A program made the position numbers and the translations under genes. The notes under the pieces were generated by a model. That model was given only the letters and a program-made list of their open reading frames with translations. It had not been told where the DNA came from and searched no databases. Of a stretch of DNA of 64,000 nt, positions 24,951-39,229 are shown piece after piece (position 1 is the stretch's first letter; every line of letters begins with the position of its first letter). Source of the DNA: the human T2T-CHM13v2.0 reference genome, Homo sapiens; assembly GCF_009914755.1 (NCBI RefSeq), contig NC_060925.1; one strand, 5' to 3'.

Positions 24951-25487
24951 GGAGCTATTCTCAGAAGAGAGCCATGTTTCATGAGAGCAAAAAGGGGAAG
25001 AGAAGATGTTGAGGATATAGGATATTGTTTCTATCCAGTGTAACCTGTTTCAATTACTTCCCACCATGCTTTGAACCTTCCAGACCAAATCCTTTGCCAC
25101 CTGCCCGCTACCTCTCTACATTCCAGCCACACTGTCCTTAGCATGTTCCTTGGATATATCAAGTTCTTTCCAACCCTGGGGGCTTTGCACTTGCTGCCAT
25201 GTTCTTTCCTTTCTTGAAATTGTACCTCTTCCCCACCCCAAACCCTTAAGTCTCATGTTGAGTGTCATTTCCTTAAGAAATCTTGCTGAACACCCTCTTT
25301 AAATCAGGTGCTGTGCTTGGTGCCACTGAAGCAATAGGAATCCACACACAGTTTCTATCTTCAAGTTAGTTTACAGTCAGATGAAGCAAAGAGGGGAGCA
25401 GATGGTTTGAAAGTGCCCTAAGGGCTTCAATGGGGTAAACCCAGAGCACATGGGAGCACACAGGAGAAACTATTAAATGAACCATAG

Positions 25488-25556
25488 TGGGGGTGGTGGG
25501 GGGGGGGTGGGGGTGGGGGTGGGGGTGGTAGTGGAGGTGGGCGGTGGGCAGTGGGA
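25488..25556 (+). repeat. (GGGGGT)n-like G-run tract
   Basis: gtgggggtggtggggggggggtgggggtgggggtgggggtgg...; more than four runs of G3 or longer. Confidence 0.9.
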
Positions 25557-26244
25557 GAGTTTCAGAAAATGGCTAAACAGAGGCCTGAGGATGATCAGGA
25601 GTTAATGAGGAGAGGGTGGGGGCTACTGAGAGAGTGTGGGGAGCCATGAGCTGGTCAGGATGGCTGGAATGTAGCAGGATATGGGGATGATGCTATAGGG
25701 GTGAGTGTCCCACAGCAGATCTGCGGGACATGCTATGGAGTTGGGCTCTTTCCCGGGGTCTCTGGAGGCCACTAAAGGATGAGTTTTTGTCTTTATATAT
25801 AAAGAGGTATATATAACAATTTTGCAGAAGAATTATGACCAGAAGCAGAGTATTATCAAGTTTGGCCCCTTCTGTGTTTAGCCCTAGAACAAGTATAGAG
25901 CTGCCATCTGGGAGCGCAGTGACCACAGCCTTCTGGGGCACAAGACAAGGCCTAGTGCTATCTGGGCGAAAATTGGCTAGGATCGTAGAACTGCCAGAGC
26001 TGCAGAACGTCCTGGACTAGTGGCCTCCCACCCACCACCCAGACAGTTTCATTCACCAGCTTTGTAGTTGGGACACCTTCTCCATGTTATCCTAATGACA
26101 AGAAGATAAAAAGCAAGAGAACAATTGAATGGAATCACTATAAAATGTTCCCAGGCCCCTTCCAAACTATAAGCTTTCAGACTTCCTTTCTCTAACTTGA
26201 GACTACAGAGTAATACCGATGCCTTGCGAGATGACCGTGACTTA

Positions 26245-26450
26245 AATTTATTGTGTGCTTAGCAGGTGCCAGGCCCGTGTCACAGCAACACAGGCAGATG
26301 CTTTCATCGCCATTTTGTACAAGAGGAAACAGGCACAGAGAGGTTAAGTAAATTACCCTTTGTCACATAGCTAATAAGTGACAGAGCAAAGATTCAGACC
26401 CTTGGAGTCTGATTCCAGAGCCCATGGTCTATACCAACACCCATACCACC
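26245..26450 (-). mobile_element. MIR
   Basis: cattttgtacaagaggaaacaggcacagagaggttaagtaaattaccctttgtcacatagcta. Confidence 0.8.
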
Positions 26451-26904
26451 TCTAAAGTTGGTGTCTTCTAAGTAGTCAGAGTAAGATTAAATCAGGTTCA
26501 AACAGTGTGGGACTGAGGCATATCTGGCTGTGTTCAAGACTTTATAAAACTTCTCTGGGATCACTGACCAGAACATTTCACAGCTCAGAATGCTTGTTTT
26601 TGACCAGACTGGGGGCATCTAAAGAAAAGCTCTAGGGAAAGGAGGTAGCAGAGCATGGACTGCCTGCCCTCAGCTCCCACTGGCTGGCTCAGCAGGGAGC
26701 TCTGGAGCATGGTGGTGTCCGTACAGCCCACAGCCTTCCTGTGCTTTCTCCCTGAGCGTACACACAGTGTCAATGGAAACACAGTCATCACATGTTACAT
26801 GTCTCTACCAGTCAAGGGCAGAAGCACAAATGTCTGAGGGCTTGTTTAGGAAGGGCTTTGGGGAGCATCTGCTCAAGATGAAAGTTGCTAGAAATATAGT
26901 TGGG

Positions 26905-27207
26905 GGCCAGGCATGGTGGCTCACACCTGTAATCTCAGCACTTTGGGAGGCCGAGGCGGGCGGATCACCTGAGGTCAGGCCAACATAGTGAAACCTCGTC
27001 TCTACTAAAAATACAAAAAAAATAGACACATGGTGGCACAAGCCTGTCATCTCAGCTATTCTACAGGCTGAGGCACACGAATCACTTGAACCCAGGGGGA
27101 GGTGGTTGCAGTGAGCCAAGATCACACCACTGCACTCCAGCCTGAACGACAGAGGGAGGCTTTGTCTCAAAATATATATATATATACACACACGCATATA
27201 TATATAG
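26905..27207 (+). mobile_element. AluS with a short internal deletion and (TA)n/(CA)n tail
   Basis: gaggtcagg is joined directly to ccaacatagtg, so agttcgagaccagcct is missing. Confidence 0.9.
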
Positions 27208-29011
27208 TAGGGATTCTCAGGTCCATGTTTCCTATTTTCTCCACTGTGAACTCTGTCTTTTCCCTTTCTACTAAAGGGAGGGAGAGTGCTGACACCCACC
27301 CACCGCCCTCCTGCTGTCTCCGGGCTGTTCCTCCATAGAACCTCCCTCTCCAACTGGCCAGGCCTGGTCTGTCATCTGCACAGGCCACTCCCACCACCCA
27401 AAATTCTTTTACCTCTTTCCAGTTTTCAAAATCACATTCACGAAGACTCTTCTGGTCATTCTGACCCACCCTGTGTCTCCCCCCATCTCTCACAGTACAT
27501 GTGATCTGCATTCCCATAGACTCTTACAGCAGGAAAGGGCTTCGAGAGTCTATGCTCATCCTCCTCATCCTGTCACTGAAAATTAAACCAAGGTCAAGAG
27601 GACAAGTTTTTTGCTCCAAATCACTGAGAAGTGTACTGCTCTCTCTCTAATTGTTTCAATAACAGGGGCCCTGTCTTGATCTCCTTTGCACCCATGACCT
27701 ATATGAATCTGCTATAAACCCTGGTACAAGAACATTGAGTTCCTTTATTTCCTCATTGTGGTTTGAACTGGTATTTCTCTACTTCTGGGACAATGTCAAG
27801 GTTCGCGAGTCCCTCACAGAGTCAAGGAGGCTGATCCTTGGGCATTTGTCCAAGTGGGTTACAAGGGTGACATCTGGGGCTCTTTCAGCCTGTATCACAG
27901 GTCTCTGGCTTCAGGATGCATCTCTGCCATTCTGAGGACCTGGGAATTCATTGTAAGGCTGACATCCAGAGCTTCCTGGCACTATGCAGACACTTCCCTC
28001 TGGGGCTTGATACTTCTCTGGGGCTCTGCGGGGACCAGGGTGGGGCAGTGGCCTGGAGTCCTCTCCCCACACTGACCCAGAGAACTGTCTACTAGGGGAG
28101 GCATCTTCCCTGCCTCCTGCTTCCTTGGGTTGCATTGCTTTGTCTCTCAAACCCAGGCCTCCCTCTTGTTTTTCACCATAGATCTGGAGGGCCCCTAAAC
28201 CCTAATGATTAGCAACTGAAAAACTTGTTTTTCCTTTCTCTTAACCTTTTAAACCTGCCCAGAAATTGAGGGAAAAAAAGGTTTGTAGTCTGTCCTCTTG
28301 GGGGCAGCAAAGAGGTGCATTAAAAATGTAGCAATTAAGTTTCTATTTAAAAGGCCAGCAATTCACATCTTGCTCATCCTTTTACCTGGAATCTTCTCCA
28401 TTTTTCAACTGGTTAATGCTGGCTTATCCTTCAGGACTCAGCTCAGACATCACCGCAGATAGAAGTGACTCATATTCATGAATCACCCCCACTTCTCACT
28501 CCCTTCTGCAAAAGTGGGGCTTTGCTTTATTGTCCTCTGTATTGCCAGCCCCCTCATATCAAGTGCTCCACAAACACATGCTGACTTGCACTGAATTCAA
28601 GGCAAAGTGGTGGGTAAGTGAGATCCACTTGTTGACTAGTGGCTTCCCAGGGAAGATAGACTTAAACAAGAGGCACCAAAAGAGGCGCGTGTTTGGGGGA
28701 CATTCCACTTCCTAGAATAAGATATTCAAACGCAGAGCCAGAGAGGGAGGACAGGGAGGCCTCTCCCGGCTCCCTGCCTCTATTTACACCAGGCATTCAG
28801 AGTGGGGGACAGTTCTAAGACTGACCAGGAGGTGGCAGCGTTGCCCCTTGGATGAGGGACTCCCTTCAGCAGGACAGAGGCAAAGGACACCGCCTCTCTA
28901 GCTCTGGGAGGAAGTCACCAGGAGGCCTCCCCTAGGCCAGTCTCAGAGGGCCAGGATGCCAGCTGCCTTGCACACAGTAGGGATCTATAGCCATGTGTGG
29001 ATCCAACGTGG

Positions 29012-29308
29012 TTTTGTTTGTTTTTGAGACAGAGTTTTGCTCTTGTTGCCCAGGCTGGAGTGTAGTGGTGCGATCATGGCTCTCTGCAACCTCCGCCTCC
29101 TGGGTTCAAGTGATTCTTGTGCCTCAGCCTCCTGAGTAGCTAGGACTACAGATGCCCGCCACCACATCCGGCTAATTTTTGTGTTTTTAGTAGAGACAGG
29201 GTTTCACCATGTTGGCCAGGCTAGTCTCGAACTCCTGACCTCAAGTGATCCTCCTGCCTCTGCCTCCCAAAGTGCTGGGATCATAGGCGTGAGCCACCAC
29301 ACCCAGCC
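29012..29308 (-). mobile_element. AluS
   Basis: Full-length reverse Alu dimer. Confidence 0.95.
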
Positions 29309-32300
29309 CCACATGTTCTTATTCTAAGCTTTGCTAGGGGCTTTGCATGGGAAAGGAAGGAAGGAAGAGTGGGAGAGAGGGAGGGAGGGAGAGAAGGGAC
29401 TCAGGCCTTAACCTAGAACCCCTGCATCAGAGTCTCTTGGATGGTTCCTGGGAATCCTCAGGTGATACTGATGGAGGCAGGCACAATTCTCCCTTGTGTG
29501 ACTAATTTCCCAAGGCCTCGCCTTTCAATCACAGAACTGATTTTATCCATTGTGAAAACCTAATGCAGACCCCAGTGCACGCCTCCTGCTCTCCCTCAGC
29601 TGGGAGGCTGACCGAGGTATTTTAGGCATCCCGCCAGAGATGGCTGCTAGGTTGCAAAGACAAGCAGTGCCCTCCTGGGCACAGCCCTATGCCCCCCAGT
29701 GGGCACTCCCTCTCTCCTTCTCATCCTATCTTCAGCTTTGGCATGAGTGGCTGGCCTGACACAGCCCACCTCACCCCAGCAGTGGCGCCCCAGGCTGAGC
29801 TTCAACCCAACTCTTGGGTAAGCAGCAGGGAAACTGAGGAGTATTTCACAGTTAGTCTCTGTCCCCTCTCAAACAGGCAGTATTTTCAGGAGTCCTTCGT
29901 GACATTGAGGCCTGTGGGGGACATCTTGATGTTGACTGGGGGCACACGTTGGCAGGGCTACCCCCATGTGGAAAATCTTGGCTGGGGTGGCGGGCTTTTG
30001 GTTTTAACAACAAGTGACTCAATTGTTGTCCCTTCTTCCTGCAGCCTCCCCAAGTCACTGCCCACAGATGGCCCTGGGCAGAAAGTGGTCAAAGACAGTG
30101 AAGCCCGGGGGAGGAAAGCTCAGGTGCCCATGGCGCCCACTGGATGGCTGGCCTGGTTGGGACCCACTCTGGCGGGGCCAGCTCCTGGTGGTTCCCTGCA
30201 CATCCATCCACTGTTTCCCATCTCCACTCTGCCAGAAAGTCCTTCCTCTCCTGACCCCGCCATCCAAACCCTATGTGTTTCAGGAAATCATTTTTCAGAT
30301 GCTACCTGGGGACTCCTGCAGCTGCTGTGCATTTTCTTGGAATCTCTCATGGAACCATGCGTGATGACTGTTTCTACATCTCTGCATGGGAAGGAACTCA
30401 GGGATAGAGGGCACCCCGTTCCATCCCCATCCCAGCCCCTAGTGCAGGGGAAGAGAGCCGTGGATGTTAACTATTGTGAGTACATGACGGGAAGGAGAAG
30501 GTGGTGGCGCCTCAGGGTTGACAGGAAGGGACAGGAAGGTTTCATCATGGAGGCAGGAAGGGGGCCGGGCCCTGAAGGATGGATTCCATTTCTAGGTGAA
30601 AGTCACCAGCATGTTATCAGAGCGTCCTTCTTAAGTAGAGTCAGTGCTGCGCTATTTTGAGTGGAATGAAGGTGGTCTGTGGGTTGGAAAGGCCAGTCAT
30701 GATCCCCAGTCCATTTTGTGGGTGCCCCTGGTTGATCCCTAAGACAACTTCCTGGAGTGTGTGCATTGACCACAGATGTCAGGGCCTGGGCTTCTCTCCT
30801 GAACCCAGTTCACACCAAAAAAGGACATGAAGGACAAGGACCAAGAGAGGGCTGGAGGCAGAAGTGCTCTCAGAGCGGACACAGGGTCCCACCCCAATCC
30901 TTGTGCCTGAAGCAGAGTTGCAGTGTGGCCGCTACTGGCACCAGTACAGCAAAGCAACACCCTAAAATCAAAGCGGGAACAGCAGGAGATGGAGCCCGTG
31001 TCTTTGAGGACCTCAGAGGCAGAACTTCTGGTTGGGGCCTGAGGACTTTTGCACTCTCCTGAGCACCCTTGCCTTTTCTTGCCACCGCAAGGGAGATGTT
31101 ATCTTCAGACTCTGGGGCTATTGCAAGCTGCTGCTCTTCCATGAAAAGCTTGGGGCCTTTGCTCAGTGAAGTCAGGATGTTTTGAGATTACAGGGAGGGT
31201 GGAGGAAACAGGAGGGCCCACAGGGTGGGTGAAAAACCTCATTCTCCGCCCTCTCAGCTCCACCCTGCATGCACTACCAGCATTCTCAAGGCTTCCTTCT
31301 CAGTTTGTGTAAGACAAGGAAAGCCTGAACCAGGGATTCCCCTCTCAGCCACCCCAGCTGCAGCCCCTGAGGGTGGGTGTGCATGCAAGGGACAGGGTGG
31401 GGAGCCACAAGCTCATCTTCCACCCCTCCACAGCTCATCTGGCCTTGCCTCTATTGCTTGGGGAAAATGGCACCTTGAGGACAGAGTATGCCTTGCTTTC
31501 TCCTAGGAGAATGTTCTCTTTCTGTACTCGCTGATGGAGCTCTAGCTAAAAAAAGTATATTTCCCTGCCTTTTCTTTCTTCCTCCTTGAGGGCCTCTCTG
31601 TAGACTTTATCAGGCCACACTGATGAGCTCAGAACAGAAAAGTTATGGCTATATGGGAGCAGGCTCCTCCCTCATAGCTCCTGGTCAGATCTGGACATCT
31701 GGGGCAGCCGCGGATCAGAGCCCCAGGCTGGCCCTGGACCAGACCCCTGCTCCTCTGTCCCAGGCTGGCCCACTGCCTCCATGAGTCACTAAGGTAACCA
31801 GGAGGGCAACCACAGGGGAAAACAACCACCCTTATTGCCCCAGGTGGCAGTCCCAGCCCAGGGCAAAACTGGGGCATTACTTCAACTGTACCAAAGTCAG
31901 GCCTGTGCCTGGGGCTGCAGGAGGCGGCTGCAAAGAGGCTGGGCGGGGCAGCAGGAAGCCCTGTGGAACTTGCGTGTGTCCTGACTTGCCATTTCTGATG
32001 TCAGCACCTTCAGATGCCCTTTCATGGGGTAGGAACTGGGAAGGGCAGAGGTAGTAACATCTGAACAAAGCTGGGTGAATTCCCACGGAAGACGGAGCAT
32101 CGAGCCGTCAATGCCTTTTGGTAAACAAGTCGCAGCTCTTCCGTCTTGGCTCATCCTCATGGGCACATCCCAGTGGTGTTCCCTGCCCACCTCTGCACCC
32201 ACATTTTAAGGTGTGTAATCTGCCTCCAGGTCTGTCCTCCCCACCTCAGAGCCTTAGGATCTCTGGCTCTGACATTCAGTGCAATGTGTGCCGCCTGGTA

Positions 32301-32665
32301 GGCGCTCAGCGTTTTGAGTGAAAGAATAAATGTTTAGGTTTCCAGCAGCACCCCGTGCTGCTGGGATCACAGAGTGGCTGCTAAACCCAGGGTGTTGATT
32401 TGAGTGCCCAATGGGTGCTCCTCCGAAAGTAAGGGAAGTGACCCTGTGGAGCTGTGGCAGAGGTCGCATCCCCTGAGTTGCTGACCTTGCAGAGAAGCAC
32501 AGGGTGCTCCTGCCTGTGGGTTGGGTGAAGCACCGTGTATATCTTTATCTCTGCTTGGGGGCCTGTTTCCTCCCCTTGACTTGTGCCTCCTCAATAGCAA
32601 GCCCGAGTCTCATTTAAGCTTTGAATTCTAGCACAGAGCTGGGCCCATCCATTAGATGAAGTGTG

Positions 32666-33314
32666 TTTACAAGTCTGTTCCGGAGTCGGTGGTGCTCCTG
32701 CTGCTTCACCTGGGCTCAGGACACCGAATACAAGATGCAGTTTCAGGATCTGGAATCCGCAGAGCCAGTGGGCTCCATAACCTGGGTCTGGGTGCCATGG
32801 CTAGCATCGTTGGCTGTAAGGAAGCTGTTCTGGCAATTCTTGATGGCCGCTTCCCTAGCATCTCTGTGACAGGAGCCCTGAGAGAGGTCCTCTTCCTCCC
32901 TTAACATCTGCCCTAGAGCTCGGCTGAGCTTCCCTGGGCCCTTGCAGCCCTGGTAGGCCTTTAGCACACAGAGTCAATATTTGTAAGATGCTCTGATGAG
33001 TGGCAGGAAGGGAATATACATTCTGTTTTATAGAAGGCAAGAGAAATATCAGAGGGAAAAAGTAAGCTTGCTCTTCATATTTGACCCCCACAGTGCCTGG
33101 AATGTGTGAGACGGATCCTGCCCTTTCCTTCACCAAGCCACCTAGCAGAGCCCACGCCATCCAGGGCATCTGCGAGAGAAACACCTCTCCCAGCCTCCCC
33201 TGAGCAGCCCACTAGCGCTGTGGATTCCAGATCCTGAAACTGCATCTTGCACTCGGTGTCCTGAGCCCAGCTGAAGTGGCAGGAGCACCACTGACTCCAG
33301 AACAGACTTGTAAA
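32666..33314. repeat. Inverted repeat: 109-bp arms (32666-32774 and 33206-33314), 431-bp spacer
   Basis: Manual alignment of the left arm with the reverse complement of the right arm: 99/109 identical, no gaps. Confidence 0.95.
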
Positions 33315-34319
33315 GAAAGAAGGTATCTCCCAAGTCAGCCACAGAGGCTCATGGTTTCCTGCTCCATCTAGTCCTGGGTGTTTGCTTAAATGGGCACTGG
33401 CTGACATGACTGAAACCTCATGCATCCATCACACATTCACCCTCAACAAAGACACAGCCCCTCCTTTAAGGCCTGTGCTCCCTGTACATACACAGTGCCC
33501 TGCAGCACAGAGAAACCACATGAATGGCCTTCTTGGCTCAAGGAGTCAGGGAGTAGGGGCCTGCTGAGCATGACCATGTCCAGAGAGTGGGGACCCCAAG
33601 AACTGTAACAGCCCATTGGACAGATGTGGGCAGGAATGGGGACAAAATCACCCACAGTCTCAGACCCCAAATGAGGTGTGAATATGAAATCCATGAAAAC
33701 CTCATGTGGAGGCCAAAAGACTAACTAGATTCCCATCTCATCTCTCCAGGCCAGAAGCCTATTATCCAATCCTTCCTCTCATTGCAAGCCCCAGAAGTAA
33801 CAGCAATTACAAAATAAAGAAAAATAAGAACTTGTCAGCTCCAATTTTGGGGTTTGAATGTGGTCTCTGGGGAATGATCAGACGGTGGAAGCAGCTGTGG
33901 GCAGGGACTCCTCATGCAGCGATGACTACTCACTAACCCAGGGCATGCATTCGAGGTAAACCCTGTGGGATTCAGGGCTTGTCCTGCATCTCACAGTTGA
34001 GCGGGCAAGAGCCACCTCTGCCCAAGTGAGGCTTTGTCCCGCACGTCATCTGTATGACCTTGCTCTAGGCTGCTCAGGGACGGTAAGATTTTTGTTCTTG
34101 AGGACTGGAGCAGGTGATGGCCCAAGTGCAATGAGTTCTGTGGGCATCAATGCTCAAAATAAACACTAATGCACTACAGTCCCTCCCACTTGAGAGGCCC
34201 CTACCTGTCCCACAATATCTCATCCACCTAGAATTGAATCCTGGGTCAGATCCATACTCAACCAACTCATTTAAGTGCTACCAAGGGCTGACAGTGGTAA
34301 TAGGCTTTCTCTATTACCT

Positions 34320-34450
34320 ATAAGGGGCATATGTTCCTTTTATAGATGCAGAAATTAGAAGTCAGATTGCTTAAGTGACTTGCCCAAGACCACAAAGGTA
34401 ACGGAGACACAGGTCTTTTGATTTCTAATTCAGTGTTTTGACACCACACA
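34320..34450 (-). mobile_element. MIR
   Basis: ttttatagatgcagaaatt...ttaagtgacttgcccaagaccaca. Confidence 0.7.
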
Positions 34451-34679
34451 AAGGCCACCTCCTTCTTTGAAACCTGGAACGGTGCTAGTTGCCCTACAGA
34501 ATCCCAGCATGGCAACCGGCTGGAAGAGGAGAGGCAAGGTGCAATTAGCATTCACTGTGTGTCAGGCTTGAAGCAAGCCTTTTCCTGCCTTCTGTTGGTG
34601 AGTGTTAATCAGCCCTGCTCTTTGGGGTCCTAACGCATGGACTCAGGGGCCAGAACTCCACCTCAGGCTACTTATGGCA

Positions 34680-34865
34680 TCCCAGACAAGATATTTCACC
34701 TCCATAGACCTCAATTTCCTCACCCGTAAAATGGGATTAGAATGCCATCCACCTCACAGAGTTTGTTTATGGATTCACTGAGTTAATTTGTGTGAAGCAC
34801 TCAGAACAGGGATTGGCACTTAGTACATGCTTTATAAGTAAGTGTTTATTGTTGTTTAATATTAC
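34680..34865 (+). mobile_element. MIR
   Basis: cctcaatttcctcacccgtaaaatgggatt...ggcacttagtacatgct. Confidence 0.7.
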
Positions 34866-35612
34866 TTCCAAATAGGACAAACTAGTTGCCACATCTCCAG
34901 GGCCCCTGGCCACACCCACTGTCCCAGAAAGCTCCACTGTGAGGTTCTTATGCACCTGAACTGGGCCTTCTAGGAAGCAGCTTCTATGGCTGAGGGTCCA
35001 GCCAGCCTGGTTCCACTTTCTCCTCCCTCTGGACTCTGCTCTTATTCACCAACTGTCCTGGGAACGCTGGGACTGTCATCACAGCACAAAGGCGGCACAA
35101 AGCACAGATCAAGCACTCAGTGACTGGGCTGCCAGCAGCTTCTTGCTGCCTCAGATGCAGAAGGGACAAGTGCCTGGTTCTTGGCCTGGCCCAAGGGTGG
35201 AATGAAGTCTCTGGCACAGCTTGGCGTGTGTTCCAGGCTCCCTCACAGGAAGAACCAAACACAGGCCCCTCCCTCAACACTCTCGCTGCTTGTTCTCCTC
35301 TCCTTCTTGATAGGGTCCAGGTAGTCCCTTACTCCACCCAGCTGCTTAGCGAGCTGCCTCTACCTTTCATTTTTTTTTGTTTGCTTCATGGACAGTGTTC
35401 TCTCCCAGAAGCAGAAAGTCCAACGAGGGACATTATGAGGTGGACTTCGTGTGATGGGGAAGGATCGCTTGTGAAGGGAAGACCATGAGGCTCTTGGGGG
35501 CACGCACCCACTTTCCCACACAGCTAGCAGTGGTGGGAAGAGAAGCCTGCTCTCAGTAGACTTCTCTAGAGAGGAGATTTGAATAGGCTTATGGAAAAAT
35601 TGACACAGAATT

Positions 35613-35970
35613 TATATTAGTTAAGGTATCCTAGCTATTGTACTATGCAAATTCTCAAATCCTGGTGGCTTCACCCATAGAAATTTACTTCTTACTTCTG
35701 CAAAATACAATCTGGAAAGGAATTACTCAGGTACCCAGGCTGATGGAGGCACTGCCATATGCAACATGCAGCTTCCAAAATCAGCTGGAGTGTAGACATC
35801 CAGCCAGCAGATGAGGCAGAGCGGGTGTGGAGAGTTGGAAGGCTTTTTGGGTTAGTCCTGGGAGCAGTACATATCACTCCCACCTACATCCCACTGGCCA
35901 GAACTCCACCACCAGCCTCCCCCATCATAAATGGGACTGGGAAATGTCACCCTTGCTGGAAAGCCCCTCC
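35613..35970 (-). mobile_element. Old MaLR solo LTR (MLT1K/L-like)
   Basis: tattagttaagg...gtggcttcacccatagaaatttacttctt...atcactcccacctacatcccactggccagaactc. Confidence 0.6.
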
Positions 35971-36629
35971 CAACACCACCTCCACATTGGACAGGGAACG
36001 TGACTGTGGTAGAATCAACCAAATAGGAGTGCCCACTGAAGGGCATTCAAGGAGGAGGTTTTAGCAGCGTGATCTCAGCTGCTCCTGAAATGAAAGAAGA
36101 GTGCAAGAAATCTGAAAAGGCCATCTTAATAAACAGAAGCAAATAAATGGACCAAGTGGCTACAAAGGAAACTCAGATGAGCTCAGTCTTAAAGAAAACA
36201 TGTACGAAAGGTGGAAAGAGTGGCCACTGACCAAAAACAACATAAAAATAGAAAAGACTGACGTAGAGCTGAAGAGTCATGTTAAGAATGTTGAACCAAG
36301 ATATCAGAAAAATGTTAACACAGGAGCCTTTTTAAAGCTTTGTTTGAGTCAGAAGAACAAAGGAGTCTTAGGTCTGTCCCTGTGGATGGATGGTGGGATG
36401 TTCCTGAGCGACAGAAGAAACATTCCTACCCATTTTTATTTTCCTCCCAACATTTTCGTCAAAGTGAATGATTTTAAGACCAAAAAGAGCAGGAGTTTTG
36501 AATAGAAGGCATTGAAATCTCCAAAGAATGAGGAGTGTACAAGACCAAAACTTATTCCTTAAATTAACTGAAATATTCTAGCCCAAATGAATTACATTCC
36601 AGAGTTCTAAAATAATTTTTAAGAAGAGA

Positions 36630-36880
36630 GTAGTGTAGATGCAGGAATTTAAGAGCATAAGCCCTGGAGCTAGACTACCTGAGTTTGAGTCTTGGCTCAG
36701 ACACTTGCTAGCTGTGTGACCTTGGGAAAATTACCTAATCAATCTGTGCCTTAGTTTTTCTATCTGGTAAGTGGATAAAATAATATTACCTACTTCACAG
36801 GTTGTTTAAGGATTTAAATAGGATGCTGTCTAAGCACCAGGCCTGACACCTATTCATTGTTCAATAACTTAGTTCTTGTT
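36630..36880 (+). mobile_element. MIR
   Basis: ctggagctagactacctgagtttgagtcttggctcagacacttgctagctgtgtgaccttggg. Confidence 0.85.
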
Positions 36881-37049
36881 GCTGCAGCTACCATGACATG
36901 GCTGATCTTCTGTGAGTGATCTGTAAAACATCATGGCAACCACAAGAAAGTCTAGAAAACAGAGATGAACAAATGCATTCCAATTTTCAAATACAAGAAG
37001 TGAATTTTTCTCAATGCCATCAATGCCAGGCAAAATTTCTGACTCTATG

Positions 37050-38682
<1,633 letters not shown>

Positions 38683-39229
38683 TTACTGGATTTATAAATG
38701 GCCTATTCCATCCTCTCTCTCCAAGGCCTGGACAAAAATTGGATCAAATAAGAGCATCTTGGGAATGATACTCCAATTTGCAGATGCTGCAAAGCTAGGC
38801 AAGATAGAGATACATTGTCAAAACATGCAGGATCCCAAATAATTCTGGTGGATTAGATGAATAGTCAGAGCTAACAAAATGACACTTAACAAGAATGATT
38901 GGGAATTCCTGCATTTTGGTACCAATAACTGAATATCTAAATGTCAGATGAGGGAACCAGTGTTTGGCCACAGTAAATGAGAATGTGGCCCAGGAATTTA
39001 TGTTGATAATAAGCTCCATATGAAGCAGAACTGTGATATGTTACCAAAATATATAGCCTTCCCCAGCAACAAAAACATAGGAGTGTCATCTATAATAACT
39101 AACTATCTTACGGCACCTCTGTGCTGGTCAGTCCACACCTAGAATATTTTATTCCATTCTGGCATCATGCTTAAAAAGGGAAACTGACATACTGGGGTGC
39201 ATACACAGGAGAAAAATCGGGACCTGTGA

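Noticed and set aside
32678-32700. Partial REST/RE1-like motif (AGCACCACCGAC, minus strand) in the inverted-repeat arm
   Set aside because: Lacks the TCAG start and the GGACAG half-site; too weak to call.
32666-33314. Inverted repeat as a MITE or DNA transposon, or the paired look-alike ORFs (32656-32904 and 33142-33342) as duplicated genes
   Set aside because: No TSD or TA flanks and no recognisable TIR family; the peptide similarity simply follows from the DNA repeat.
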